Positions 42,350 through 57,048 of a stretch of 64,000 nucleotides of DNA are shown here, piece after piece. This stretch comes from Octopus vulgaris. Lineage: Eukaryota. A model generated the notes under the pieces. It had not been told where the DNA came from and ran no database searches. It was given only the letters and a program-made list of their open reading frames with translations. The translations under genes were made by a program, and so were the position numbers. The stretch is from positions 67,766,001 to 67,830,000 of the forward strand of contig OX597822.1 in the NCBI GenBank assembly GCA_951406725.2, written 5' to 3'. The stretch's first letter is position 1. Each line of letters opens with the position of its first letter.

Positions 42350-42605
42350 ACATGAAACCACTCACCATTGCAGTTCAAGATTTAGTCCACAGTCGTGCTC
42401 CTTTCCGTCTGCACAACCTCCGTAAACAGCCAACTCGACACACACGCACTTCTCCTGCATTTCTTACCCATATCGCGTCCCTTCCCCGCATTGCTTAATC
42501 CTTTCTAAGAACGGAAACGGGTGGAATTCTCTCCGACCCATGTTCGCATCTCCTCGTCATTTGTAGATTTGCATCTGCAGGGTTAATATCAACCTCAATA
42601 ATCTA
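42350..42605 (+). mobile_element. Decayed CR1/L2-like LINE 3' fragment
   Basis: SFL..RT...WNSLPTHV-type C-terminal motif (tggaattctctccgacccatgtt). Confidence 0.45.
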
Positions 42606-42619
42606 AAGACATGTATATA

Positions 42620-43012
42620 GGCGCAAGTGTGTTTGTGTGGTAAGTAGCTTGCTTCCCAACCACATGGTTCTGGGTTCAGTCCCACCGCGTGGCATGTTGG
42701 GCAAGTGTCTTCTAGAATAGCGTGGAGCCGCCTAAAGCTTTGTGAGTGGATTTGGTAGACGGAAACTGAAAGAAGCTCGTCGAATATATATATATTTTTG
42801 TGTGTGTGTCTGTGTCTGTGTCTGCGTTTGTTCCCTCGCCATCGCTTGACAGCCGATTTTGGTGTGTTTACGCCCCCGTAAATTTGTGGTTCAGCAAAAG
42901 ATTCTGATAGAATAAGAACGAGGCTTACAAAGACTAAGTTCTAGGGTCGATTTGTTCGACTAAAAGTGCTGCTCCAGCTTGGCTGCAGTCAAATTGACTG
43001 AAACATGTAAAA

Positions 43013-43013
<1 letters not shown>
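42620..43013 (+). mobile_element. SINE family B
   Basis: Full structure present. Confidence 0.88.
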
Positions 43014-43044
<31 letters not shown>

Positions 43045-43492
43045 GTGTGTGCGTGCATGTGTTTGCATGTGTGTGTGTGTGTCTGTGTGTGTGTCTGTGT
43101 GTGGGTCTGTGTGTGTGTGTGTGTGTGTGTGTGCGGGCGTGCTTATATATGTCGTAGTTTTCATTGACATCGTACCTTTGGCTACTGCATGTTTTTAAAA
43201 GTTGCGCAGTAAATATTTATATATATATGATTGATTGTATCATCGTAAGCAGAAATACTTAATAAAGCATGAAGTAGTCATGCGATGCTTACTGCAAGCA
43301 ACCATCAGTAGTTATCTGCATATTCCAAAATAACAGAAAATGTAATAGTATTTAGAACACTATTATCATCTGTATGAACAAGGTACTTCCTCGATATAGA
43401 GGATTTCGCCTCTAAAAGAAAAAAAACATTCAAAACCAGTCTGCACCAATACAATTGTTCGTGTCACCTACGTCTTTATTCAAGCATATAAA

Positions 43493-43705
43493 GGCGGTGA
43501 GCTGGCAGAATCGTTAGCATGCTAGAAGAAATGCTTAGCAGTATTTCGCCCGTCGCTACGTTCTGAGTTCAAATTTCGCCAAGGTCGAACTTGCCTTTCA
43601 TCCTTTCGGGTTTGATGAATTAAGTACCAGTCAAGTACTGGGGTCGATTTGATTGATTTACCCCCTCCCCATAAATTTCAGACCTTGTGCCTATAGTAGA
43701 AAGGA
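43493..43705 (+). mobile_element. SINE family A with 14-bp TSD
   Basis: TSD ttattcaagcatat at 43476-43489 and 43706-43719. Confidence 0.9.
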
Positions 43706-44796
43706 TTATTCAAGCATATTTGCTAATCAAAGACTGCGGAAAGATATTAAAAAAAGCTGCTTGGGTGTTATATATTGAGCGATAACATTTAGAAAGGAGC
43801 CAAAGTTTGGTTTTGTATTACAGAGATATTTTACATTATCCAACTCTTATCCAAGAAAAGTTCGAGCTTATGTCAAATTGCTGCCATATACAAAGTTCAT
43901 ATTGTTTTACAGTCAAACAGAAATATCTCCTGGTGCTTGTTAAAAGAACATCGGCGTCGGGGATTAGATGCACTTTAAAAAAACATACAATTTGAAATAT
44001 TCTATCATTTCATTTTCCGTGTCCATAATCAGGACGAGAAATGTGTGCTGTGAGAGACTATTTGGCTGATATTTCTCTCCGATCGAGCGACGATATAGAA
44101 GCTCATTCGTTCTAACTTTCCTGGAAAATGTAATGTTTTGGATAAGTATTTTATAGCATCTGTTCTCTATTTTTTTTTTATATCAAATCACATTAAGGCG
44201 GTTTTGCTTTTCTTATGTTCCAAATGCGATAAACTCATATATAATGGTATAGTGTGACCGATTTCACGCTGCCAATTTCCCAATATTCAAATACTAAAAC
44301 TGGCCTTGTGCCTCGATTAGAAATTAATACGCTATGTAATCAAAGGTCAACTAGAAAAGGAGATGACGTCACATAACCTGGGAATAGATTTGTTTCATTG
44401 AGGGATGGGCTAAAATAATCATTGTCTATCAACTATTTCAAGATTCGCTTCGTTTGAGTTCCTAACAACGTTCCGACATCAATGTTTTCATTGACAGAGC
44501 TGATTTCACATGCCAGTGCTTTCAAATTAAAAATATGTCAGAATTGACAAGTAATTGGTCTGTTTATCTTAATTAAGGAATCTAATGCCATCTAGATATG
44601 CAGCATGACAGACATGGCGTCACAGTCACGATAACCTTGTTATCCCATTGCATTGCAACCTTCTTTTATTCACACAGTCTTAAATATTGTTATTGTTTTC
44701 TTTCTGTTTTTGTCCTCCACTTTCAGTAAGATACTCTACTCTATTTGCCTCGGGATAAATGCTTATTTAAGAGATTACTATTACCATCATCATCAC

Positions 44797-44876
<80 letters not shown>

Positions 44877-44879
44877 TTG

Positions 44880-45095
44880 GGCGAGTTGGCAGAACCGTTA
44901 TCACGCCGGACGAAATGCATATCGGTTTTTCGCCCGTCGCTACGTTCTGAGTTCAAATTCCGCCGAGGTCGACTTTACTTTTCATCCTTTCGGGGTCGAT
45001 AAATTAAGTCCGAGCTGAGTACTGGGGTCGATGTCATCGACTATCCCCCCGCCCTAAACAACAAGCCTTGTGCCTATAGTAGAAAGGATTATTAT
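44880..45095 (+). mobile_element. SINE family A, followed by several decayed fragments up to ~45645
   Basis: Head and core match the family. Confidence 0.88.
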
Positions 45096-45104
45096 TGTAT
45101 TATT

Positions 45105-45171
<67 letters not shown>

Positions 45172-46221
45172 TTGTTGTTGTTGTTGTTGTTGGGCGAGCT
45201 GGCAGAATCGTTACCGCAACGAAAATTCCTTTGAGTTCAACTTAACTTTTCATCTTTCCATCAAAATAAATACCAGTCAAGTACTGAGCTTGGTCTAATC
45301 AACTATACCGCTTCTCCTAAAGTTCCTGGCCTTGTCCCAGAATTTAAAACCATTCTCAGAATGGCAAAAGTTAGGGCGATGGAAAAATGCATTGCTTTTT
45401 TATGTTCTGCTTTTTGAAGTTCTTCGTTCAAATCCCGCCGAGGTCAGCTTTGCTTTTCTTCCCTCCAGGATCCATAAAATAAAGTACCATTCAATTGTTG
45501 GAGCTTATTTAAATGACTGAACCCATCCACAAAGGTTTCCTATTTTGTGTCATTATTTATTTATATATTAAGGCGGTGAGCAGACAAGACCGTTAGCACG
45601 CCGAACGAAATGCTTAGCGGTATTTCGTCTGCCACTACGTTCAAATTCTCTTCATTCAAATTTTATGCTGCATCTAATTTGCTATACCATCGGGGTTCTC
45701 TTTAAGTTTCACGTTTTTTATATAGGACTTATTTGTTGCGAAGACATTTAAGGCATTAAATGATTGTCTAAAATGCGTTGTGTCAATTACTGAATCAAAT
45801 GTACCTGTCATGTACTTACGTGTCTACTTTGCTCCATCATTTTCAAGTTGTGTGAGTGAATTTCTGAGCACTGGTATAATTAAAGGTGGTTTTTAGCTCC
45901 CTTTTCACTGATTATTATTGGTACATTGTAGAAACAAAATATTAATTATAATTTAAAGAAACAGAGGTAACATTCAACACCTATAGCTTATCAGTTCAGA
46001 AGTTTATTAATGTTCGTTTATATAAGTAAGTTTACCAATCATTGCCGGGGCGTGTCAGGCTTGTCACGACTTCGCCATATTACGCACTTTTGCTAGCTGA
46101 GTGGACGAGAGCAACTTGAAATGAAGCGTTATTCAGGAATCGAAACCACAATTTTACTAACTTGAAAGCAAAACTCTAACCATTGATCCACACACCTCTA
46201 CACAGAATCTTATTATTATTA

Positions 46222-46358
<137 letters not shown>

Positions 46359-46391
46359 GTCGTTGTTGTTGTTGTTGTTATTACTATTATT

Positions 46392-46915
46392 GAGTGAAAG
46401 AGCAGTGCATGCCATCAAAGTTACGCTAGGGTAAAATATACGAAGCCCAGTATACCAATCATGACTACCTGTTTGATAAGGGTACACCAGGCACATGCAT
46501 CACAACCATATGTGCGCGACATGGTGATCTCATATCAAGATAAACAGCACATGACCTTGCAGGTGGGGCCCAGTTAGAATTTTCTTCTGGTCGAGTAGCC
46601 CATCCCGTTCAAAATGTCCCTGAATAAGGGCTGTTTAAGAATGTTGAACGAAACACCCATGTTTCCAGAGGTGAATCATTCAAACCCCATAGAATCCCTC
46701 ACAACACATGACTATGATGCTCCCCCACTACTTCTTGTGAGCAGAGATGCACATATCGTCAGCCACTAAGGGACATGCTCAACTGATTAAGGTCAAACAA
46801 CTGACAAGCAATTCTGTGGTATTGAGTAGAATATTTGCTGTAGCCCGTCTTTTATACCAAGACAAAACAATGTACATACCACTTCCAATCAGTTAAGATC
46901 AGAAGCCATGGAGTC
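46392..46915. mobile_element. Unclassified ~520-bp insertion within (ATT)n
   Basis: Complex sequence cleanly bounded by ATT arrays on both sides, with no ORF. Possibly the UTR of a microsatellite-targeting LINE. Confidence 0.5.
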
Positions 46916-46923
46916 ATATTATA

Positions 46924-46976
<53 letters not shown>

Positions 46977-47237
46977 GGTTAATTTAATAGACACAAATCT
47001 TTCCGATTTCTATTTCCAGAGCTTTTAGACTTACTTATGGTCGATCATTTGGCCAGATATCGCTCATAGTTTATATATATTTCCTTAGCTTATAATACTT
47101 AAATTTTTCGCTATAATCCTCTTTTCAATCTGAGTAGATATGTCTCAGAGTTTGGTTGTTTTCTTATCGTCATATAACTGGATTAGTGCTTGCTTATAGT
47201 TCTTGTTATTGTCATTTATTATGAGAAACGGTCTAAA

Positions 47238-47452
47238 GGCGGTGAGCTGGCAGAATATTTAGCACACCGGACAAAATTCTTAACGTTATTTAGTCCGTCT
47301 TTATGTTTTGAGTTCAAATCCCACCGATGTTGACTTTGCCTTTCGTCCTTTCTGGACCAATAAAATAAGTTGCTGTTGACCACTGGGATTGGGGGTAATC
47401 GACCGGCCCTGACCCCGAAATTTCAAGCTTCGTACATATATTAGGAAGGATT
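47238..47452 (+). mobile_element. SINE family A (diverged)
   Basis: Head and core match the family. Confidence 0.8.
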
Positions 47453-47467
47453 ATGAGAAAGTGACTA

Positions 47468-47629
47468 GGCGCAGGCGAGGCTGTTGTGGTAAGTAGCATG
47501 CCTACCAACCACATCGTTCGTGGTTCAGTCCCACTGCGTGGCACCCTGGGCAAGTGTTTTCTACTATAGCCTCGGACCGACCAAAGCCTTGTAACTGAAT
47601 TTGGAAGACGGAAACTGAAAGAAGCCCGT

Positions 47630-47693
<64 letters not shown>

Positions 47694-47990
47694 AATGAGG
47701 GTGAATAAAATTATAGATATTAATTCAATAATACCCTTATTTTAACACCAAGCGACCTAGCATATATATATATATATATATATATGTCTATTTGTTCACT
47801 CCACCGTTGCTTTAGAACCGATATTGGCGTACTTACGTCCCCGTAACTTAGCGATTCGGCAAAATGAACTGATAGAATAAGTTCTAGGCTTACAAAGATT
47901 AAGTCCTGTGGTCGATTTGCTCGACGACTAAAGGCGGTGCTCCAGCATGGCCGCAGTCAAATGACTGAAACAAATAAAAGAATAAAAGAA
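47468..47990 (+). mobile_element. SINE family B
   Basis: Full structure, with an extra insert in the internal (TA)n. Confidence 0.88.
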
Positions 47991-48169
47991 TACAAAATTG
48001 TCAATTTAAAAATTAAAATTTATTAACATAGTACTATATGATATATTCTTATAATAATATAATATAATATAATATATTATAATATAAGAATATTAAATAT
48101 TAAATACAAATTACATACAAGTGTCTGATTTTTATCCATAATGAAATTACTAAAATCCATTTTTTGTGG

Positions 48170-48315
48170 GTAAGCGTGGAAGGTGTTTATAAGCCATTTA
48201 AGAAACACACAAAACCGTTAGATTCACTTCAACATTTAAGTTTAATTTGTCAAAATATTTTCGTCGCTTTGAGACCGCGATCTGTTCATTGACAAAGATT
48301 CGTGCTGCATTTGTG
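48170..48315 (-). mobile_element. Short repeat with a hammerhead-like fold at 48246-48296
   Basis: Homologous to 59075-59215. Minus strand: uuuguca-AUGAACA-g-aucgc-ggucucaaa-gcgac-GAAAA-UA-UUU^-ugacaaa. Confidence 0.7.
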
Positions 48316-48826
48316 TGTGTGAATGTGTGTGTAAGTGTGTGACTTCTAGTGTAGGATTATTCATAAATTTCATTGTATGACATTTCGGCGTATTGGATGA
48401 TAATGGCAGATAACTTTAAATTAATATTTCACCGTCAATTGTCTTTGTCTCTACAAGATCACACAAGCACAGTCAGATCAGATACCAGTAACGATTCTGT
48501 TATAGTGATGTTGATTAAAACTTTTCACACATTTTTTTCCAACATGAAGTCATTTTTGAAAACATTTTTTTTATAGCCAATCAGTGATTATCGCCTTATC
48601 GTTATAAATTAGTATACGACATTTACTGATATATAACTAAGCAGAAAATTAATGTGGTAAGTATGTGATTATAGGATATATACACAAATAGGTATAAAAG
48701 CATAAATAAATATATATATATTTATATATACTATTCCAAGATAAAATATGGCAGGCGTTTATAAATGACATCTATCATTTGTAAGATAGTAAGACAGAAG
48801 TAAGTATAAAAATCTATGTATTAATA

Positions 48827-49229
48827 GGGGCAAGCATGGCTGTGTGGTAAGAAGCTTGCTTCTGAAACACACGGTTTCGTGTTCGGTCCAGTGCGTAGTA
48901 CCTTGGGTAGGTGTCTACAACTATAGCCACGGGCCGGCCAAACTCTTGTGAGTGGATTTGGTAGACTGAAACTGAAAGAAACCAGTCGTATATATATATA
49001 TGTGTGTGTGTACGTGTGTGTGTATGTGTGCCTGTGTTTGTCCACTGCCCCACCGCTTGACAACCGATGTTGGTGTGTTTACGTCCCGTATCATAGCGGT
49101 TCGGCAAAAGAGACCGATAGAATAAGTACCAGGCTTACAAAGAAAAATCCTGGGATCGCTTTATTTCACTAGAGGTGGTGCTCCAGCATGGCCTCAGTCA
49201 GATAACTGTAACAAATAAAAGAATACAAG
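48827..49229 (+). mobile_element. SINE family B
   Basis: Full structure present. Confidence 0.88.
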
Positions 49230-49432
49230 ACTTTAGCAGAAAGACAGAAAAATCAAAACAGCGAGAATTCATAGTAATACCTCATAGATGGATGAATAAT
49301 TTTGTAACTTCATATGCCTGGGTTCCGTCTTCCTTCGTTCAGCGGTGAATTTTTGGTCTCTTGTCTGGACTGAGCTCTTAAAAGTGTCTGTATCTATCGT
49401 ATGCGTTCATTTTACACATTCTTACTAATCAT

Positions 49433-49579
<147 letters not shown>

Positions 49580-49593
49580 CAGAGACAGTTTAC

Positions 49594-49772
49594 TTTCTGG
49601 TTATAGGAAGGATGTCGTTTAATATACGCAGAATGTAAAAATGAGAGCCCCAAAAACTTCATGCAGTAGAGATACAATAATTTGTCAGGTTTATGTAACA
49701 TGCAATGTATCTCAAAGCAGTCTTTCAGAATCTGTGATACCGTTAATTCTATTTCAAAATCAGGACGTTTGT
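49594..49772 (-). CDS. Candidate coding exon of an unidentified host gene
   Basis: Strong acceptor ttttttatgttttgccacag, donor AAA|gtaaac, open frame DKRPDFEIELTVSQILKDCFEIHCMLHKPDKLLYLYCMKFLGLSFLHSAYIKRHPSYNQK. Confidence 0.4.
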
Positions 49773-49941
49773 CTGTGGCAAAACATAAAAAAATAATATA
49801 TAGATTGATGCAAAAGGTAAAAATGGGAGAAACGAGCAAAAATATAAAGATGCAATGCGCTCTGTTTGTCTATAGAAATCATAATTAATCTAGCTGTTGT
49901 AGAATAATATAACAGAAAGGAGGCCTAAGTATGTGAGACAT

Positions 49942-50249
49942 CTACTCAATCCGGAGAGGTTGGTGTTGTCCAGTTCGACAAAAGAAAACTGTACATGTGA
50001 GAGCATTTGCTAAAAACTTCAGATCTGGAATTAAGTGGTGTGGTGGGATTCTTGGATCTCGAAAGAATGTGAGACCTTTCAAGCTACATATTACTTGTAT
50101 ATCTTTGATTCGTTTATATAGGGCAAATTTTCCTCCGCAGTTTTTCACCTGAAGGTCTAATGTTTGTCTCTTTGAGAAGTATAACAATCTAATACAGTAA
50201 TTTTTAAATTTGAACAAAAGATCGGATTTCATGAATAATTGCAAATCTT
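49942..50249 (-). CDS. Candidate exon or ~100-codon open frame in unique sequence
   Basis: Open frame DLQLFMKSDLLFKF...QPLRIE after caacag. Donor site and phase unresolved. Confidence 0.3.
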
Positions 50250-50714
50250 CTGTTGATATTCATTAAGAAATATCCAAACATTAATTAGCCAAAATTTGCT
50301 TCCCGCGAAGTGAATTTGTCATAGTATGAAAGATTGTTACATGTTGAAAAACTATTTGTCATTTATCAAAACTAAATCTGCATTAGGAATAATTACATTC
50401 TTTGCTTTGGCAAAGCACGTACATTGCAGAGGAATAGAGGAATATGTGTGTCTGTGCGTGTGTGTGTATGTGTTTTTATCTGTGTGTGTGTGTTTGTGTG
50501 TGTGTGTGCGTGCGTGTGTGTGTATGTGTGTGATTCATGGCACAAAAACTGAATAGCTGAGTCTGTGATGAATTTTGCAATTGCTTTTGGTAACCAATCA
50601 TATCTCGATGACTAATATTTTCATTTTCATATTTATTCTACAGGCCCCCTTCACATATTGCCCCTAGTTTTTGTTATATATACATATACACATACACACA
50701 AGCACACATACATA

Positions 50715-50820
<106 letters not shown>

Positions 50821-50834
50821 CATATGACATTATT

Positions 50835-50908
<74 letters not shown>

Positions 50909-50912
50909 ATTC

Positions 50913-51945
50913 CCCACCAGTAGGAATATAGGTAAAATTGGAGTTGGAAATGCATTGAGAATAGTTTTAAATTATTAAAATAAAATATGTTATATTGCTT
51001 TATGTAAAAATCTAACCGGTTTCACAGTTTACACTGATTTTCAAAAATTTAAAATAGAAAGACGTCGCTTATGTCGCAGCTGCTTTGTGTCTGACTAGTG
51101 TTTGAAGCTTGCTCTTTTTTATAGTGATTTCATGCCTCAAATTAGTATACGTTTTGAATAGGGTTTGATTGGTAGACTAGTCTTAGAAATTTTTGTTAGT
51201 TCCCTGCTACATCTGTGTATTAGTATCAAGTGACAATGCTTAGCTTCGTTAAGTTAGCATTAACACGGTTGACTGAACAAGTCTAGTGGCAGTACTAAAC
51301 ATGTTTTCTGTCAAGTGTTTGTAGAGAATGAACACGTGATTAAGGTTTGAACCTTCTGTACGTTTCCCGCTACGTCTATTTGTTGGTGTAACGTGGCAGC
51401 ATATTTGCGCCTAAAATGAAGGCGATCGTGACAAAAGTTGCTCCGACTTACGCCAATCTAGTCATGACTTACATGAAGATCCAGTGGGCTGTGAACTTAA
51501 TCACGTGTTCATTATCTACAAACACTTGACAAAAAACATTCAGAGCATTGATTGTCTAAGTACTACCACTAGACTTGTTCAACCAATCGTGTCAGCCTTA
51601 ACTTGCGACGCTAAACATTGTCACTCATACAAACACACGGACGTAGCAGTGAACCTACAAACATTTCTAAGACCGGTCATGTGACTATCCTCTGCTAATC
51701 AATACATATTCAAAACATATACTAATTTGAGTCATGAACTCCCTATAAAAACGGGGCAAGCTTCAAAAACTAGTCAGAAGCAAAACAGCTGCGACTTATG
51801 CCACGTCTTTCTACTTCAAAATTTTGAAAATCAGTGTAAACTGTGAAACCGGTTAGATCTTTACATATAGCAATAAAGCATATTTTATTTTGATAGTTTA
51901 AAGCAGTTTCAACTCCTATTTTACCTATAATCCTACACGCGTGAG
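50913..51945. mobile_element. ~1-kb foldback element with ~440-bp imperfect inverted arms
   Basis: gtaggaatataggtaaaattggag / ctcctattttacctataatcctac; tctaaccggtttcacagtttacactgattttcaaaa / ttttgaaaatcagtgtaaactgtgaaaccggttaga. Spacer ~51355-51490. Confidence 0.9.
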
Positions 51946-52088
51946 CAGCACCAACATTCTTAATGTTTTTCTAATTCCTTGGAAACTGCTGCTAGTGCTC
52001 CAATTACACCGGTATCACCATTACTTTCCTCATGCCCCACAACTTTTCTATCTCGTCCCGCAATGGCTGGTATTTCTCAATCTCGTGA
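51946..52088 (-). mobile_element. R4/Dong-like LINE fragment (RLE C-terminal region)
   Basis: EKYQPLRDEIEKLWGMRKVMVIPV..IGALAAVSKELEKH. Confidence 0.8.
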
Positions 52089-52091
52089 TTT

Positions 52092-52174
<83 letters not shown>

Positions 52175-52197
52175 GTTATTGTTATTATTATTATTAC

Positions 52198-52240
<43 letters not shown>

Positions 52241-52246
52241 TTTATT

Positions 52247-52452
52247 CAGTAGTTTTATTTTTATAGCGTGCTTTCACTTCACTACCGAGCGCAGCTCTGT
52301 GTCCTGGTATGTGCTGTGATTTGTTGTGATGCTCTGATGGTTATTGTATGGAAAGTGTTCTGCGTAGGATGTGTGCAGTGCCTAGTAGTGCAATTTTCTG
52401 TATCTTATATGTTTGTAAGTCCTGGTGTTTTTGTTATGTATTTGTCTGAATA

Positions 52453-52458
<6 letters not shown>
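52247..52458 (-). mobile_element. R4/Dong-like LINE 3' end inserted in (TAA)n
   Basis: KKYSDKYITKTPGLTN..IQKIALLGTAHILRRTLSIQ*, short 3' UTR with aataaa, TAA arrays on both sides. Confidence 0.85.
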
Positions 52459-52524
<66 letters not shown>

Positions 52525-52549
52525 ATTATTATTATTATTATTATTGTTG

Positions 52550-53040
<491 letters not shown>

Positions 53041-53217
53041 CATTATTATTATCATCATCATCATCATCATTATTATTATTCAAAACAGTCTGATTTGACC
53101 CCATGCGAGGTTTCGTAGGCTTCTTAGGAAACCTAGCAAGTCTGGTTCGAATTGCAGAATAGACTGATGCATATGTATGTGTTATGTTCGTGTGTGTATG
53201 TATATATGTATATATAT

Positions 53218-53318
<101 letters not shown>

Positions 53319-53471
53319 GCACACACACACGTGTATATGATTGTATATATTTGTGCACGTTTCTGTGTGTAATCTTATCTATGTACATATACAGAACCAG
53401 ATAGACAGACAGGAAGTCAGACAGACAGGAAGACGGACAGACAAACAGTAAGTCAGATAGTTAAACTAGAC

Positions 53472-53538
<67 letters not shown>

Positions 53539-53547
53539 CCGACATAC

Positions 53548-53622
53548 TCGCTTTACTAAATAAATAACTGAAGCCCGTTCCATAATTGAAAATTGACCTG
53601 AGAATGAACTAGTATCGGCCAT
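53548..53622 (-). CDS. Candidate first coding exon (MADTSSFSGQFSIMERASVIYLVKR)
   Basis: actATGG start context, CGA|gtatgt donor, adjacent to a promoter-like motif. Confidence 0.35.
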
Positions 53623-53754
53623 AGTCAGTTGCTTTTGATTCTGACTGAGATCATCAGCTAGTGGATTATTTATCACACAAGAACTGTTGTCGTTTGAGGA
53701 ATGAGGCAGCAAAAAAAAAAAAATAAGAAAGAAAAAGAAAAATATTGACAATTT

Positions 53755-53810
53755 GAAAAATGGTCGTAAATTTACTGTCCGCCATTTTGCGTCGATAAGT
53801 TTTTTTCTGC
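53755..53810. promoter_or_regulatory. Candidate core promoter (YY1-like motif), possibly bidirectional
   Basis: CCGCCATTTT at 53779-53788 plus TCGATA at 53792-53797, in a locally CpG-rich unique island. Confidence 0.5.
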
Positions 53811-53842
53811 ATGTCGTTTCTTGACGGACTATCGAGAATGAG
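53811..53842 (+). CDS. Candidate first coding exon (MSFLDGLSRM..)
   Basis: ATG just downstream of the YY1-like motif, AG|gtatga donor. Confidence 0.35.
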
Positions 53843-54288
53843 GTATGAGGTTTGAGGTAAAATGTTGAGAGTGATTAATGTATCAGTTCATCTTCCTAAA
53901 TATAAGAGACACCATAGCTTACTTCCACTCTGTATAAACGTTTCTCTCTATTTATACATATTACCTCTCACTTTCCTTTGCTTTCACGCATTCTCTGCTT
54001 TCTATTTACTTTCATTCTGTTATTCTGTTATATTATCCTCTGTCTCACTTTCCTACTTTCTGACGCACTTCGTCTATAACCCTGTCTCTCCACATCACAC
54101 TACGTTTCTTTTGTTTATTTATTGTTTTATTTATTTATTTATTTATCCATTCATTCATTCATTAATTTATTCTTTCTGACTGTCTGTCTTTCTGCCTTTC
54201 TTTACACAATGCCGAACAACCTCTCCCGTTATTTACTACATTTCTCACTATTTATACATAAAAATGCATCCGTAAATATATGTACGTT

Positions 54289-54289
<1 letters not shown>

Positions 54290-54361
<72 letters not shown>

Positions 54362-54521
54362 GAGTGTATGTGTGTGTGTGTGTCAGTGTGCGTGTTAGTA
54401 TGTGCGTTGCTATGTAGAAGTAAGTATATATTTGTGCACATATATTTAAACACACACAGGCACACACGCACACATGCGCACACACACATATGTGTGAATG
54501 GCAGGTAACATAAATATATAA

Positions 54522-54567
<46 letters not shown>

Positions 54568-55425
54568 AAATGATATATATATATATATATGTATGTATAC
54601 ATATATGTATATATATATACATATGATACATATATGTATGTAATATATATAGAATATGTTTATATATCTTAAGTTATGCATATATATATTATGTATATAT
54701 CGTTATATATTTTATATATATATATATGTATATGTGTGTGTGTGTGTGCATGTAAGTGGGAGTGTGTGCGTGTATGTATGTGCGCGTGAGTGTATGTCTG
54801 TTTGTGTGTGCATATAATAAGCGCTTTCTCTTGTTTTATTCAACATACCTGTTCATTAATCGATCTTCTTCTTCGTAGCTCTTTGTCCTCCTCTCTCTCC
54901 CACCCCAACTTCTCTTGCTCCCCCTCCCCCTCTCTCACTCTCTACCTTCGTAACATTTCGCTTTGATAGGTCTTTTTCTTCATTTGTTGCTCACAAAAGC
55001 GCGGTCTCGCACGCACCTACACATACATGCACAATCTGGTAAACACACACATTCACATATATACAGACTTACATACACAATCACATACACATATATAGAG
55101 AGAAGGAAAGAAACAAAAGAAAGGGAGAAACAACGACAGAATGAAATATAGAGGTACATATATATATACATGTATGTATGTGTATATATATATATGTGTG
55201 TGTGTGTGTATGTGTGTGTATATATCTATATATATATAGATATATATATACATGTATACATACATATGTACATATATACATACATACGTATATATATAAA
55301 TATATATATATGCATGCATACGTATACATATAAATATATACATATATGTATATATACACACATATACATATATATGCACGTATTTATACATATATATATA
55401 TACATATAAATACATATATACATGC

Positions 55426-55460
<35 letters not shown>

Positions 55461-55476
55461 TGTATGAATGTGTATG

Positions 55477-55519
<43 letters not shown>

Positions 55520-55970
55520 CATTTGTATGCATTGAAGTTCACGCTTCCTCACCATTCATACAATATTTGCTATACATACTCACACACATACACACACGCA
55601 CATACTTGGATATATGGGTACATGCATAAGCACAAACATACATGCACAAACAAACATCAGTCTCACCCCACGCACTGCCACGTACCACCTTCGTGCGCGC
55701 TCTGATATTGACACACCCTCTCTCTTTCATACACACACAAACACACAGACGCACACACACATACACACATGCAAGCATGCATCACGGTCCTACCGCACAC
55801 GCATTCACTTTTAGCCTCACACATTGTCATACACACATACTCCGTTCACACACAGTAACACATACCCACACACAAATACACACTTCCACACACACACACA
55901 CACTTCCTCACGCACGTACACATTCGCATATATATATACGCGCACACACACTCATGCACGTACGCACGTA
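54290..55970. repeat. Compound (TA)/(CA)/(TATG) microsatellite region
   Basis: Direct inspection. Confidence 0.9.
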
Positions 55971-56764
55971 GCCACATAGAGTTTCGTGTCTGTCAGTTCT
56001 ACACTCTTAATTTATTGTTTATGGAGTATCAAGTCATTTCCAATTGACAAACTCTACTGGGCAAAGAAAGAAGGAGAGGAAGAAGGCGATGGATGAATAG
56101 ATGGACGAGGAAGGGCGAAGAAGAGAGGAGGCGGAGCAGACAAAAGCTTAGAGTTTGATAAAGGTTGGCTGGTGTTAGGTAGAGACTGGAGCTAAGATTG
56201 TACGCGAATAACACACTGAGAGAGAGAGAGAGGGAGGGAGAGAAGCGAGAGAGGGAGAGGAAGAAAAAGGAGGGAGGTATGAGATATTGGCGTAGGATTT
56301 CTATGCATGGCGAATGTTAAGAAGAGCTGAAAAAAAATAAACCATTGTAGAGCATTTTTTTAGATTTAAGAGAAGCAAAAAAAATTATTTATATTTATTT
56401 TATTTAGAATTTTTTTCTGATATTATTCTCCTGGGTTTGCTACAGGAACACGAAGCGAACGCGTTATAGCTGCGGTTCTCAACCGGAGTCCAGAAGACCG
56501 TGAGTTGATCGATATAGTATTTTAGGAGTCCACGCAAGCAAAATAGTTGATTGGGGATCCAATGGTATATTAAGAGTCCATGAACTCTTAACAGTATATT
56601 AAGAGTCTAATAGTATATTAAGAGTCCATTGATTTAGATGTATTTATTGCAAGGATCTGCTAGATTTCTTTTTCGAACGTCTTACAAAGTTCAGTCTATT
56701 ACAAGTAAATGTGTGAATAACAAAATAGACACTTCGAAAGGAACTCCTGTAAAACTAGTTACCC

Positions 56765-57048
56765 TCCGAGGCACAAGTCCGGGCAAGGTTGTTTATGGAA
56801 GGCCAGCAGTCGCCCATGCATACCGGCCTCCCCTCTCCACGCCACCAGTGTTATCCAAGGAAAAGGCAAAGGCCGATACAGCTTGGCACCTGTGACGTCG
56901 CAACTCATCTCCACAGCTGAGTGAACTGGAGCAACGTGAAATAAAGTGTCTTGCTCAAGAACACAACACGCAGCCCGGTCCGGGATTCGATCTCACAACC
57001 TCACGATCGTAAACTCGATGCTCTAACCACTGAACCATACGCCTTCAC
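56765..57048 (-). mobile_element. SINE family C with an alternative tail
   Basis: Minus strand: gaaggcgtatggttcagtggttagagc...gagatcgaatccc, CORE-like segment, distinct 3' tail. A second head fragment lies at 57100-57230. Confidence 0.85.

Noticed and set aside
56565-56630. Three spaced copies of gtatattaagagtc, superficially CRISPR-like
   Set aside because: A local tandem duplication inside a MITE-like remnant. Spacers are tiny, the context is eukaryotic and there are no cas genes.
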